A stretch of DNA of 64,000 nt from Kiritimatiellia bacterium (GCA_045540275.1 JAZQGX010000291.1:30088-94087); one strand, 5' to 3'; shown: positions 42,120 through 49,542, counted from the first letter of the stretch. Numbers and translations are program-made. The notes: generated from the sequence alone by a model not told the origin.

Positions 42120-42161
42120 AAACACTACCTTTACTACTCATACGACAGACGACTTCACCTA

Positions 42162-42599
42162 TTAACACACCGCACTCTTTCGTCTGTGGGAGGCGTCGAG
42201 GGTGTGGATGGTTTTGGTGACGTAGGCGGTTTCTGGTTTGGTGAGTTTGAAGAGCGTGCAAAGCTGTGTGTTGATGTCGCGGGTAAAATCAAGCAGACCA
42301 TCAGCCGTCTTCCATTCGTGAAACCAAGGCACTTCCTTTGCAAGCGTGGTTAACGCTTCATCGGTCATCAAGAACAAGAAGCGGACAATATTCGACTGGC
42401 AAAATTTCATAAAGTTTTCCGCCTCTGTCTTCGTCTTGAGCATTCCCAATGCCACACGTGAACGCCCAAAGGCGGAATGGTTATCTAACAGTTCAAGCTG
42501 CCAATCTCGCTTCTGTCCTCCCGCGTTTGCACAGGGCGAAGCAACATCCGCGAATGGCTCTTTGGTTTCGGGTTGTTTTAGCATCACCATACTCCTCAA
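42162..42599 (-). pseudogene. C-terminal fragment of a type II/IIG restriction-modification (Eco57I-like methyltransferase) protein
   Basis: KTKTEAENFMKFCQSNIVRFLFLMT...VPWFHEW...LCTLFKLTKPETAYVTKTI resembles the conserved tail of adenine-methylase/R-M fusion proteins. No catalytic N-terminal part is present. Confidence 0.45.
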
Positions 42600-42601
42600 T
42601 T

Positions 42602-43564
42602 CTATACGGTCTTATATGGCCCAATAAACTTGTCGCCGTTGAAATGAACCATGTGCGTAGGATTATCAGCGACCCAAACTTCAGTCTCCCATGCAACATC
42701 CGGCGCGAATCGTGCGAACGTCCGTTTGTCTGGGAATGCCGATATGAAGACCTTGTCAGCATGGACAGACGCAAACAATTCGGACAATTCTATGTATCGT
42801 TTAGAATCGACAGGGCCGTGTGAAGTCACGGATTCAACAAGCACAAGCCAGTTCTTTTCTTCCTGCCAGAGTATCACATCAGGCATCTTACCATGCACTT
42901 CCACACTGAAGCCGAGTCGTGCGGATAGAGCATCGTCAAAGAACCCCCATTTTTCACCTGTATCACCAATGTAAACCAACGTAGAACCGGGAATAAAACG
43001 CGGTGCCATGTCCTCAATTATAGCACGGATAAGTTCATTGTGTTTACCCGGCGAAAGCGAAACTTGCAAATCCTTGCGTATCTTTACCTTAACCATATCC
43101 ATCAACCGTTCTTTTGCATATTGCGCGGTTAGCGTTGAAGCCATACTCTTGAATGCTGCTAATTTTCCTGTCCAATCCCGGCTCCCATATGCCTTTATCA
43201 CGTCAAGTGCTGCCGGTGAAATCTGATACACCGCCTTTGGACTGTTCGTTGGACGGTCTGGCATGTCAGGATTATAGAGTGCAATTCCAGCCTGAACCAT
43301 TTGATGCATACTGAGCCGCCTAAATGTCTCTCGTGTGTTGGGCGCGTAATCCTTGCCGTAATATTCCCGTGCAAAATCCATCATTGGCGTAATCCCGACG
43401 AGTGGAGATCCCGCTTCTCCCCATGCCTTGTCTGGCGTGATGTTCAACAATGCAAGAAGACAATACGCCGTCCGTTCGTTTATCTGAGCACGTGGCAGTC
43501 CGAATTGCCCGAGGATGTCTATAGCCTCTACAATTCTTTTTTCTACCTGATTGTCAGTTCTCAT
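42602..43564 (-). CDS. BsuBI/PstI-family type II restriction endonuclease
   Basis: The N-terminal block AIDILGQFGLPRAQINERTAYCLLALL...YAPNTRETFRR...NPDMPDRPTNSPKAVYQI recalls the BsuBI/PstI REase family. The start is set at ATG 43564 and overlaps the methylase stop by 11 nt. Confidence 0.75.
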   Translation of the reverse strand: MRTDNQVEKRIVEAIDILGQFGLPRAQINERTAYCLLALLNITPDKAWGEAGSPLVGITPMMDFAREYYGKDYAPNTRETFRRLSMHQMVQAGIALYNPDMPDRPTNSPKAVYQISPAALDVIKAYGSRDWTGKLAAFKSMASTLTAQYAKERLMDMVKVKIRKDLQVSLSPGKHNELIRAIIEDMAPRFIPGSTLVYIGDTGEKWGFFDDALSARLGFSVEVHGKMPDVILWQEEKNWLVLVESVTSHGPVDSKRYIELSELFASVHADKVFISAFPDKRTFARFAPDVAWETEVWVADNPTHMVHFNGDKFIGPYKTV

Positions 43565-45167
43565 TTGCGACCTCCTTGGCAATGTTATCAAAAATTTCCT
43601 GTGCCCATTCATTTTTAATGAACCCAAGTCGACGCCCCATGCTCTTTAGTTGTTCAACCGAAGGATACGGCAAATTGCGAAGATCAGTCGCGTTCACTTG
43701 AGTATGGCCACTAAAGAGACGAAATTTTTCATCGATCCATGTGGTGTTAAGCCACACGATCAGTCCATAAGCAATGTCTTTATCAAGACCATGCTTATCT
43801 TGCATAAAAACGTTTAAATGGTTCTCAAACGCGATCTTCGGTAATGCAAAATCTGATGGCACAATCAGCGATGCGACAATACGCCGATCTTCCTCCTTTG
43901 CAGAGAAACGCTTTACCGCAACATAATAACCAGACGGAGAAACCATCTTTTCCGTTGCTTTGGACAACTTGAGTGCATTCGGCTTTTTTGAATCTACTGG
44001 CCAGCAAACACGATTGTTTCGAAAGTGCACTGGATAAAGCAACGGCACACAATCTGGCTCTATATCCTTGCAAAGAGAATCCTTCGTTCGAAAATCCACG
44101 ACAGCGCCAGTAGAAACATGCAGTCCAAGGCCTCCTAAAGTCGTGCGGAACGCATCAAACCTACTGTCGGCAATCTTTTCGTCCCCATAGGGAATATTTA
44201 TGTAATGCTCCGAGTCTTCACTTGACACTATTGCATCAAACGGATATGTTTGCACCTTTATGTCTTGAAACGAACCGTCTGTTGAATGGCTGACGATAAC
44301 ATTGCCCTGCGGACTATTCTTTCTAAGTAACACTATGATGTTCTCTTGTAATACCGACTCGTCCTTGAATGCAGTGTTACGACTTTCAAAAAGATGTATA
44401 CGTTCAATCGCACAACGGTCAAGCATGAATTGTCGAAATGGTTTGTAATAAGTGCCGTTACAAAAACTGCGCGGGACAATCGCGACAATATGACCACCAT
44501 CGACCGTCGCAACAATAGCCGCACCCATGAATGCGGTATAAAGATTGACCGTCTCAAGGCCAAATGCACGCGCCGCTTTGCGCTCTTTTGATTCCGCACG
44601 AATCTTTTTATACGGCGGATTCATAATTACGTGCGTGTAACGCGGTAAATCACCGTTCTGACTTTCATTTGTGATGCTACCCAAGAAATCTCCAGATATG
44701 ACATTTGCTTCGCCGCCAATGCAATCAAGCGCCTTCTCCAGATTTGAGCGCAATTCTCCGACAAGATTTCCGTCGATCTCGTATGCGTCAACACTGACTT
44801 TGCCAACATGCCACTTCTCCGCTGTGATACGCTCAGCCAATGCACACGACAATATACCAATACCGGCGCCAGGATCAAGTATCTTGATTTCTTGTCTGTC
44901 TTCTTTTGGAAAGAGCGCTGCCATAAAGTCTGCTATATGGCCCGGCGTAAAGTATTGGCCCAACTCCTGCTTAACAGCCCTCGGCGTATCCGCCGCATGG
45001 CTCATTCTACGACGTTCCATCTCTTCACGCAAAGGCCGCACATCTGAAACTGCTAATGCAACAACACACAGAACAGTCCCACCTATATTCCGTGGCGACT
45101 TAGAAATTAGATGAAGCCTTTTGCCTTCGCGTGTTGCGACATGAAGCGTTTTTGCCGGACTCAACAT
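43554..45167 (-). CDS. N6-adenine DNA methyltransferase (gamma-class, Eco57I/PstI-type)
   Basis: Motif I ILDPGAGIGIL, motif IV VIMNPPYKK, QYFTP near the N-terminus, and a GAAGGA purine tract 9 nt before the ATG. Confidence 0.85.
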   Translation of the reverse strand: MLSPAKTLHVATREGKRLHLISKSPRNIGGTVLCVVALAVSDVRPLREEMERRRMSHAADTPRAVKQELGQYFTPGHIADFMAALFPKEDRQEIKILDPGAGIGILSCALAERITAEKWHVGKVSVDAYEIDGNLVGELRSNLEKALDCIGGEANVISGDFLGSITNESQNGDLPRYTHVIMNPPYKKIRAESKERKAARAFGLETVNLYTAFMGAAIVATVDGGHIVAIVPRSFCNGTYYKPFRQFMLDRCAIERIHLFESRNTAFKDESVLQENIIVLLRKNSPQGNVIVSHSTDGSFQDIKVQTYPFDAIVSSEDSEHYINIPYGDEKIADSRFDAFRTTLGGLGLHVSTGAVVDFRTKDSLCKDIEPDCVPLLYPVHFRNNRVCWPVDSKKPNALKLSKATEKMVSPSGYYVAVKRFSAKEEDRRIVASLIVPSDFALPKIAFENHLNVFMQDKHGLDKDIAYGLIVWLNTTWIDEKFRLFSGHTQVNATDLRNLPYPSVEQLKSMGRRLGFIKNEWAQEIFDNIAKEVANEN

Positions 45168-45197
45168 ATCATTTTTCCTTCTTTACCATTAGAGGGC

Positions 45198-45299
45198 TTA
45201 TACCACAACATCATAGTCCTCAACAAGCCTGTTTATTTCCTTGTCTACAAAGATTTTAAGACTGTGTGTCTGCGACTTCCCAATAATCTGCTCAATCAT
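45198..45299 (-). CDS. 33-aa ORF translationally coupled to the upstream gene
   Basis: ATGATTGA overlap with the stop of the 144-aa ORF. The peptide is MIEQIIGKSQTHSLKIFVDKEINRLVEDYDVVV. It is below the ORF-track length cut-off and no family is recognised. Confidence 0.3.
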   Translation of the reverse strand: MIEQIIGKSQTHSLKIFVDKEINRLVEDYDVVV

Positions 45300-45726
45300 T
45301 TTTAGATTCTCCTTCGATCTTCTCGGTTAAAGTGTTATCCTGCAAAGCATGCTCAATAGTTGCAAAGACTTCGGCTATGTCTCTCTTACGCTTAACTTTG
45401 GATGGATTGGCAAATGCGGCAAGAGCCTCGCGCCGGTACTTGTTCATGCGCCGCACGAGCGCCACAAACCCCTTGTAGCTTTCGCTGTCTTTTGCCGCCT
45501 CCAGTGAAGTGTATACTTCACCAACCTCACGCGGAAAGTCGCTCGTGAATGACATCTTCCCATCCATCGTTCGCGTAACCATGAGGCGATAGCCGTGAAT
45601 ATTCTCGTAGTAGGCACTTATGCTTTCATCAATGCTAAAACCGCTTGGAAAAATACGCATCGCCCCAGTATTCACTTCATACCGGTGCGCTATCTCGTAA
45701 TGCACCTCGTCAAGCCGTATCCTCAT
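45292..45726 (-). CDS. Hypothetical 144-aa protein
   Basis: ORF whose ATG 45726 overlaps (ATGA) the stop of a 44-aa leader ORF. I recognise no motif. Confidence 0.45.
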   Translation of the reverse strand: MRIRLDEVHYEIAHRYEVNTGAMRIFPSGFSIDESISAYYENIHGYRLMVTRTMDGKMSFTSDFPREVGEVYTSLEAAKDSESYKGFVALVRRMNKYRREALAAFANPSKVKRKRDIAEVFATIEHALQDNTLTEKIEGESKND

Positions 45727-45857
45727 GACGCCACCTTTCCACATTCGCGATCAGGCCCCGTCAAGCGGTCCTTCAGCAAAACCGCAAGAACCTCTTCCGG
45801 AACGTGCCATTCCAGAATGTCTGATTGAATGCGGTTTTTTGTCATTGCGCTTGTCAT
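45723..45857 (-). CDS. 44-aa leader ORF (MTSAMTKNRIQSDILEWHVPEEVLAVLLKDRLTG...)
   Basis: It starts 25 nt downstream of an extended -10 (TGGTATAAT). Its first 16 codons are duplicated at 47288. It may be an N-terminal gene remnant. Confidence 0.3.
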   Translation of the reverse strand: MTSAMTKNRIQSDILEWHVPEEVLAVLLKDRLTGPDRECGKVAS

Positions 45858-45891
45858 GATTTTATTATTTGATATGAGAATATTATACCAA
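45806..45891. repeat. 86-bp direct repeat, copy A (promoter plus leader start)
   Basis: About 92% identical (7 mismatches by eye) to 47237-47322. Confidence 0.85.
45882..45890 (-). promoter_or_regulatory. Extended -10 promoter element TGGTATAAT
   Basis: Perfect TGnTATAAT on the minus strand, overlapping the Fic stop codon and lying upstream of the leader/R-M gene chain. Confidence 0.45.
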
Positions 45892-47040
45892 CTGCTCTCC
45901 GCGCGTAAAACGCTTCCCCTTCGCGGTGAGCCGGTACTTCTGCGTGGGCGAGCGCGGCGAATTGGGCTGCGTCATCTCGACAAGCCCGAGCTTCAAAGCC
46001 GGTGCGAGGTAGTAATCTGAAAACGTGACACGATCCTTTATCCCGATCGCCTTCATGACCTTCGCACGAGACATTTCGCCTTCAAGCGACTCGATGAGTC
46101 GTCGCACGGCACGCGAAAGTGCTATTGATCTTCTTGCAGGGGCCACCTCGTTACTTGCAGGGGCTGCCACTGTCTTACTTATAGGGGCTTTCGCGCCGCT
46201 TGTAGGGGTTGAGTCCTCTCTCCACCCCCCTACAAGCAGATAGCGGCTTTGCAGGTTGTTTTCCTCACCCATGAGGGCGTTCCGGAAGAAACGTTCAAGG
46301 TACTCGGTCGTCTCTTCGATGCCCTTCGGAATGTTGGAGTAGTTGGCGCGAACCAGGGCATTACGGAAATAGTATGAGTTCTCGTAGAAAATGTCATTAT
46401 CGACTTCGAATCCAAGGGTACGCAGGTATTTCATGGCGAACACCGAGGTCGTCCGTGTGTTTCCCTCGCCGAATGGATGTATCTGCCAGACACCCGAAAT
46501 GAACCTGGAGAAATGGCGTACCACCTCATCCATGGAAACGCTCGCGTATGAAAATTTCTTTTCTTCCGAGAAGTCAAAGGCCATCGTCTCGACAAGGCGG
46601 AAGCAGCTGGCGTACTGGACTGTATCACCCTTCAGAACCCATTCGTTTTTGGTGATGTTGTAGTCGCGTATTGTTCCCGCATGCTTGTAGATTCCGTCGA
46701 AAAGCCTGCGGTGTATGGAAACAAGCTGCTCGGGCGAGAACGAGAACGTCGGCTCGGCGAGTATTCCCGTGATGCGCTGCGAAACGATATCCGCCTCATC
46801 GGTGCGCGTCTTCGCGGCCTCCGCGCGAACGGCCTTGGACTTGTAGTATTCGCCGATGATCTTCCCGGCCTCGGCGATGGTAATCTCGCCTTCGATGTTT
46901 CGCCGCGCGGTTTCGACGAGATAGGCCGAAGGCGTGAGGCCGTCGACTTTCTGGAGCCCTATCGCCGCCCGCCAGAGTCCGGCGAGTTCCGCTTTCCCGG
47001 GCTCCTTCGCCCGCAGATACTCGGAAAGGTCGTCACTCAC
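45883..47040 (-). CDS. Fic/DOC family protein with C-terminal winged-helix-like domain
   Basis: Fic motif HPFGEGNTRT. The probable GTG start at 47040 overlaps the stop of the upstream mini-ORF (GTGA). The ORF-track ATG at 47091 is an alternative. Confidence 0.85.
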   Translation of the reverse strand: MSDDLSEYLRAKEPGKAELAGLWRAAIGLQKVDGLTPSAYLVETARRNIEGEITIAEAGKIIGEYYKSKAVRAEAAKTRTDEADIVSQRITGILAEPTFSFSPEQLVSIHRRLFDGIYKHAGTIRDYNITKNEWVLKGDTVQYASCFRLVETMAFDFSEEKKFSYASVSMDEVVRHFSRFISGVWQIHPFGEGNTRTTSVFAMKYLRTLGFEVDNDIFYENSYYFRNALVRANYSNIPKGIEETTEYLERFFRNALMGEENNLQSRYLLVGGWREDSTPTSGAKAPISKTVAAPASNEVAPARRSIALSRAVRRLIESLEGEMSRAKVMKAIGIKDRVTFSDYYLAPALKLGLVEMTQPNSPRSPTQKYRLTAKGKRFTRGEQLV

Positions 47041-47165
47041 TTCGCGTCTCCGAGTTTTTTGGTTTCCATCGTAACATGGCCACAATCCCACTTCGCCAAT
47101 ATCGCAGGAGTTATGTACTGCAACTTGACGTCTTCTTCAGTCATATCTGATTTTTCTAAAACCAT
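47037..47165 (-). pseudogene. 42-aa mini-ORF resembling the N-terminus of type I restriction R-subunit-like proteins
   Basis: MVLEKSDMTEEDVKLQYITPAILAKWD matches the (S/T)E(A/E)Dt+..I.PaL...GW opening of the HsdR_N-type domain, and the rest of such a gene is absent. It is preceded by a second TGGTATAAT. Confidence 0.4.
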
Positions 47166-47195
47166 AAAAAGCTTTTCTCCTTCATCTCCTGCGAT

Positions 47196-47204
47196 ATTAT
47201 ACCA
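47196..47204 (-). promoter_or_regulatory. Extended -10 promoter element TGGTATAAT
   Basis: Perfect TGnTATAAT on the minus strand, about 30 nt upstream of the mini-ORF ATG. Confidence 0.4.
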
Positions 47205-47236
47205 GAATCAAACCGACAGCCTCTCTTTCGGGAAAG

Positions 47237-47322
47237 GCCGTTCCAGAATGTCTGATTGGATGCGGTTTCTTGTCATTACGCTTGTCATGATTTTAGCATT
47301 TGATATGCGAATATTATACCAA
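47237..47322. repeat. 86-bp direct repeat, copy B (promoter plus leader start)
   Basis: About 92% identical to 45806-45891. It contains TGGTATAAT (47313-47321) and a 26-aa ORF, MTSVMTRNRIQSDILERPFPKERLSV. Confidence 0.85.
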
Positions 47323-47374
47323 ATATCTCAGATTTTATGCACAAAAAAAGGCGCAAAAACGGCATTACAAGGAG

Positions 47375-47401
47375 AAAAAGCGAAGCCTAAAAACACTTCG
47401 C
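47375..47401 (-). terminator. Possible rho-independent terminator downstream of the hisHF/guaA remnant
   Basis: GCGAAG/CTTCGC 6-bp stem with a 10-nt loop, followed on the minus strand by TTTTT. Confidence 0.35.
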
Positions 47402-47547
47402 CTTTTAGGAGAAATAGAACTATATCCGGCAACTTCTGCTGGGGCTAAAAACGCCCCGAAAGGTCTGCCGGCATATTACCCCAAAAATTTCAATATATCC
47501 TTCTCTTTTCATAGGACTGATATAAACCACCCGGCATCAACCTGTCG

Positions 47548-47665
47548 TCATTCCCACTCAATCGTGGCCGGAGGCTTGGAGGAAATGTCGTAGACGACGC
47601 GGTTTATGCCGTGCGATCAGCTGCGTGTACTGAGAACCATAGTCGAGAATAATGATCTTATCCAT
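47548..47665 (-). pseudogene. guaA: GMP synthase remnant: first ~19 codons joined out of frame to last ~19 codons
   Basis: The minus strand reads MDKIIILDYGSQYTQLIAR, the glutamine amidotransferase N-terminus. In another frame it then reads INRVVYDISSKPPATIEWE-stop, the canonical GuaA C-terminus. About 1.4 kb is missing. Confidence 0.8.
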
Positions 47666-47690
47666 AAGGAAGGGTTTTGAGAGTTTGCAT

Positions 47691-48461
47691 TTACCAAGAC
47701 ATGCGGGTCGGGATGCCAGAGGAACGCATGGCCGACTTGATGTCCGCGATCGTATAATCCCCCGTGTGGATCATGCCCGCGACGATCGCCGCATCCGCAT
47801 GCGCATCGTTGAAAACCGTGACGAAATGTTCGGGGGTCCCGGCACCGCCGGAGGCGACAACCGGCACGGACACCGCATCGGCGATAAGCTTGGTTATCTC
47901 CAGCTCGAAACCGCCGCGGGTCCCGTCCGCATCGACGGAATTGACCACGATTTCGCCGGCGCCGAGTTCCACCGCGCGTTTCGCCCACTCGACCGCATCC
48001 ATTCCCGTCAGCTCGCGGAAACCGCAGGTCGTAATCTCATAACCCGACGGGCATTTACCGCTCTTGACCGGATCCATCCCCAGCACAATGCATTGCGCTC
48101 CGAACGCCTTCGCGCCCTCGGCGATGATGGCGGGATTGCGCACCGCAAGCGAATTCACCGACACCTTCTCGGCGCCGGCGAGAATCACTCTCTCCATGTC
48201 GGCGAGCTTACTGATTCCGCCGCCGACCGCAAACGGTATCCGAACCGCCCGCGCCACGGCCTCGACCATGCCGATGTCTATCGGACGGTGCTCCGCCGAT
48301 GCCGTGATGTCATAGAACACAAGTTCGTCGGCGCCGCCCTCGGAATACCTAATCGCCATCTCGACCGGATCCCCAAGATCGACGTTGTTCTTGAATTTTA
48401 TGCCTTTCGTCACACGTCCCCTGATGACGTCGAGGCAGGGGATGATACGCTTGGTCAACAT
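47691..48461 (-). CDS. hisF: Imidazole glycerol phosphate synthase, cyclase subunit
   Basis: MLTKRIIPCLDV N-terminus with an overall HisF barrel sequence. The start is moved to ATG 48461. Confidence 0.92.
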   Translation of the reverse strand: MLTKRIIPCLDVIRGRVTKGIKFKNNVDLGDPVEMAIRYSEGGADELVFYDITASAEHRPIDIGMVEAVARAVRIPFAVGGGISKLADMERVILAGAEKVSVNSLAVRNPAIIAEGAKAFGAQCIVLGMDPVKSGKCPSGYEITTCGFRELTGMDAVEWAKRAVELGAGEIVVNSVDADGTRGGFELEITKLIADAVSVPVVASGGAGTPEHFVTVFNDAHADAAIVAGMIHTGDYTIADIKSAMRSSGIPTRMSW

Positions 48462-49045
48462 GCAAGCCACTCCTTCAGAAGAGCGAGCCCGACACGGCCA
48501 GATTTCTCGGGATGAAACTGACAAGCCCACAGATTGCCGCGTTTCACCATCGCCGTGAACTCGACGCCCGCGTATTCGCTCACGCCCACAGTCTCCAGAA
48601 CGATCTCGGCGTAATATGAATGCACGAAATAGAACTCCTTCATCTGTCCATCTTTCCCCGTCGCCTTTTCGTGGACCTGATTCCAGCCTATTTCAGGAAT
48701 CTTGAACCCCGCCCTGTCCGGGAAACGGCGGACCCGTCCCTTGAAGACGCCGAGCGTATCGATGCCACCGTTCTCCTCGGAATGCTCGAAGAGAATCTGC
48801 ATGCCGAGACAGATGCCGAGGAACGGACGCCCCGAAAGCGCGGCGGAACGGACCGCATCGATCAGTCCTGTCCTCTTCAGGTTCTCCATCGCGCTCTTCG
48901 CCGCGCCGACCCCGGGGAACACTACACGGTCGGCGGCGGCGATGACTGCGGGATCATCCGTCACTGCCGCCGCCTCCCCGATCGCCGCGAACGCGAGCCG
49001 TACGCTCGTGAGATTCCCCGCCCGGTAGTCAACTATCGCCGTCAT
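48455..49045 (-). CDS. hisH: Imidazole glycerol phosphate synthase, glutamine amidotransferase subunit
   Basis: IVDYRAGNL, FPGVGAA, catalytic GICLGMQ, and C-terminal QFHPEKS. The start is moved to ATG 49045. Confidence 0.9.
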   Translation of the reverse strand: MTAIVDYRAGNLTSVRLAFAAIGEAAAVTDDPAVIAAADRVVFPGVGAAKSAMENLKRTGLIDAVRSAALSGRPFLGICLGMQILFEHSEENGGIDTLGVFKGRVRRFPDRAGFKIPEIGWNQVHEKATGKDGQMKEFYFVHSYYAEIVLETVGVSEYAGVEFTAMVKRGNLWACQFHPEKSGRVGLALLKEWLAC

Positions 49046-49209
49046 CGCACAACCCCCGCCTTCCTGAGCTTGTAGCACATCATCCGCGGCGAGACCCCGA
49101 GCTCTCGTCCTGCCGCACTTTGATTCCCGTTGTGGACATCGCGTTCCCTGGCGACCGCAGAGGCGATTTCCTTCAAAACCGATATTTCCGATGAGAGCTC
49201 AAACTTCAT
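49042..49209 (-). CDS. 55-aa Fis-type HTH protein (or C-terminal remnant of an NtrC-type activator)
   Basis: It is not in the ORF track because it is under 60 aa. The product MKFELSSEISVLKEIASAVARERDVHNGNQSAAGRELGVSPRMMCYKLRKAGVVR carries the GNQS.AA..LG.S...L.YKL+K Fis/NtrC HTH signature. Its stop overlaps the hisH ATG (ATGA). Confidence 0.6.
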   Translation of the reverse strand: MKFELSSEISVLKEIASAVARERDVHNGNQSAAGRELGVSPRMMCYKLRKAGVVR

Positions 49210-49261
49210 ATCAGAGATTATAGCAAATTACGTGCCAAACCTCAGCATGGAATTTCAAAAG

Positions 49262-49276
49262 ATGTAATTATTACAT
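49262..49276. promoter_or_regulatory. 15-bp perfect palindrome ATGTAAT-T-ATTACAT
   Basis: Located 53 nt upstream of the Fis-type ORF start; a candidate operator. Confidence 0.3.
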
Positions 49277-49287
49277 TATATTTCCAG

Positions 49288-49542
49288 TCAATACGTATGA
49301 CGGAAGGACCAAAACGGAAGCCGTTTATGACCTCGTCGCAGATGAGAAGTGATATTCCTGGAGTGGACGAACGCAACGTCCATCAACACGGCATCGCCGC
49401 CGCCGGATGTATAGTCCTTCGCAGCTTCGAACGAGAGTTCCTCAACCCGCCATGTCTCGACCGCGAACACGGCGGACGCGGCGAATAACACTGCCGCGAT
49501 TATGCATCCAACCTCAAATCCACCAGCTAACATCAAAAACAA
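49288..49542 (-). pseudogene. Possible N-terminal fragment of a secreted DUF5060-type glycoside-hydrolase-associated protein
   Basis: A hydrophobic signal-like N-terminus is followed by VETWRVEELSFEAAKDYTSGGGDAVLMDVAFVHS, which resembles the start of DUF5060 domains. The ORF stops after 84 aa. Confidence 0.3.

Larger units (their letters stand above)
37516..47322. other. AT-rich defence/genomic island without recognisable recombinase
   Basis: Base composition and codon usage shift abruptly and visibly at about 37516 and about 47330. The content is R-M, OLD/UvrD, Fic and gene fragments, and the right edge lies near a guaA remnant. Confidence 0.7.

Noticed and set aside
47405-47545. tRNA or integrase attachment target at the right island edge
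   Set aside because: I could not fold any cloverleaf-like segment. The only structure is a GGGGC-n7-GCCCC hairpin (47441-47457) without a T-run.
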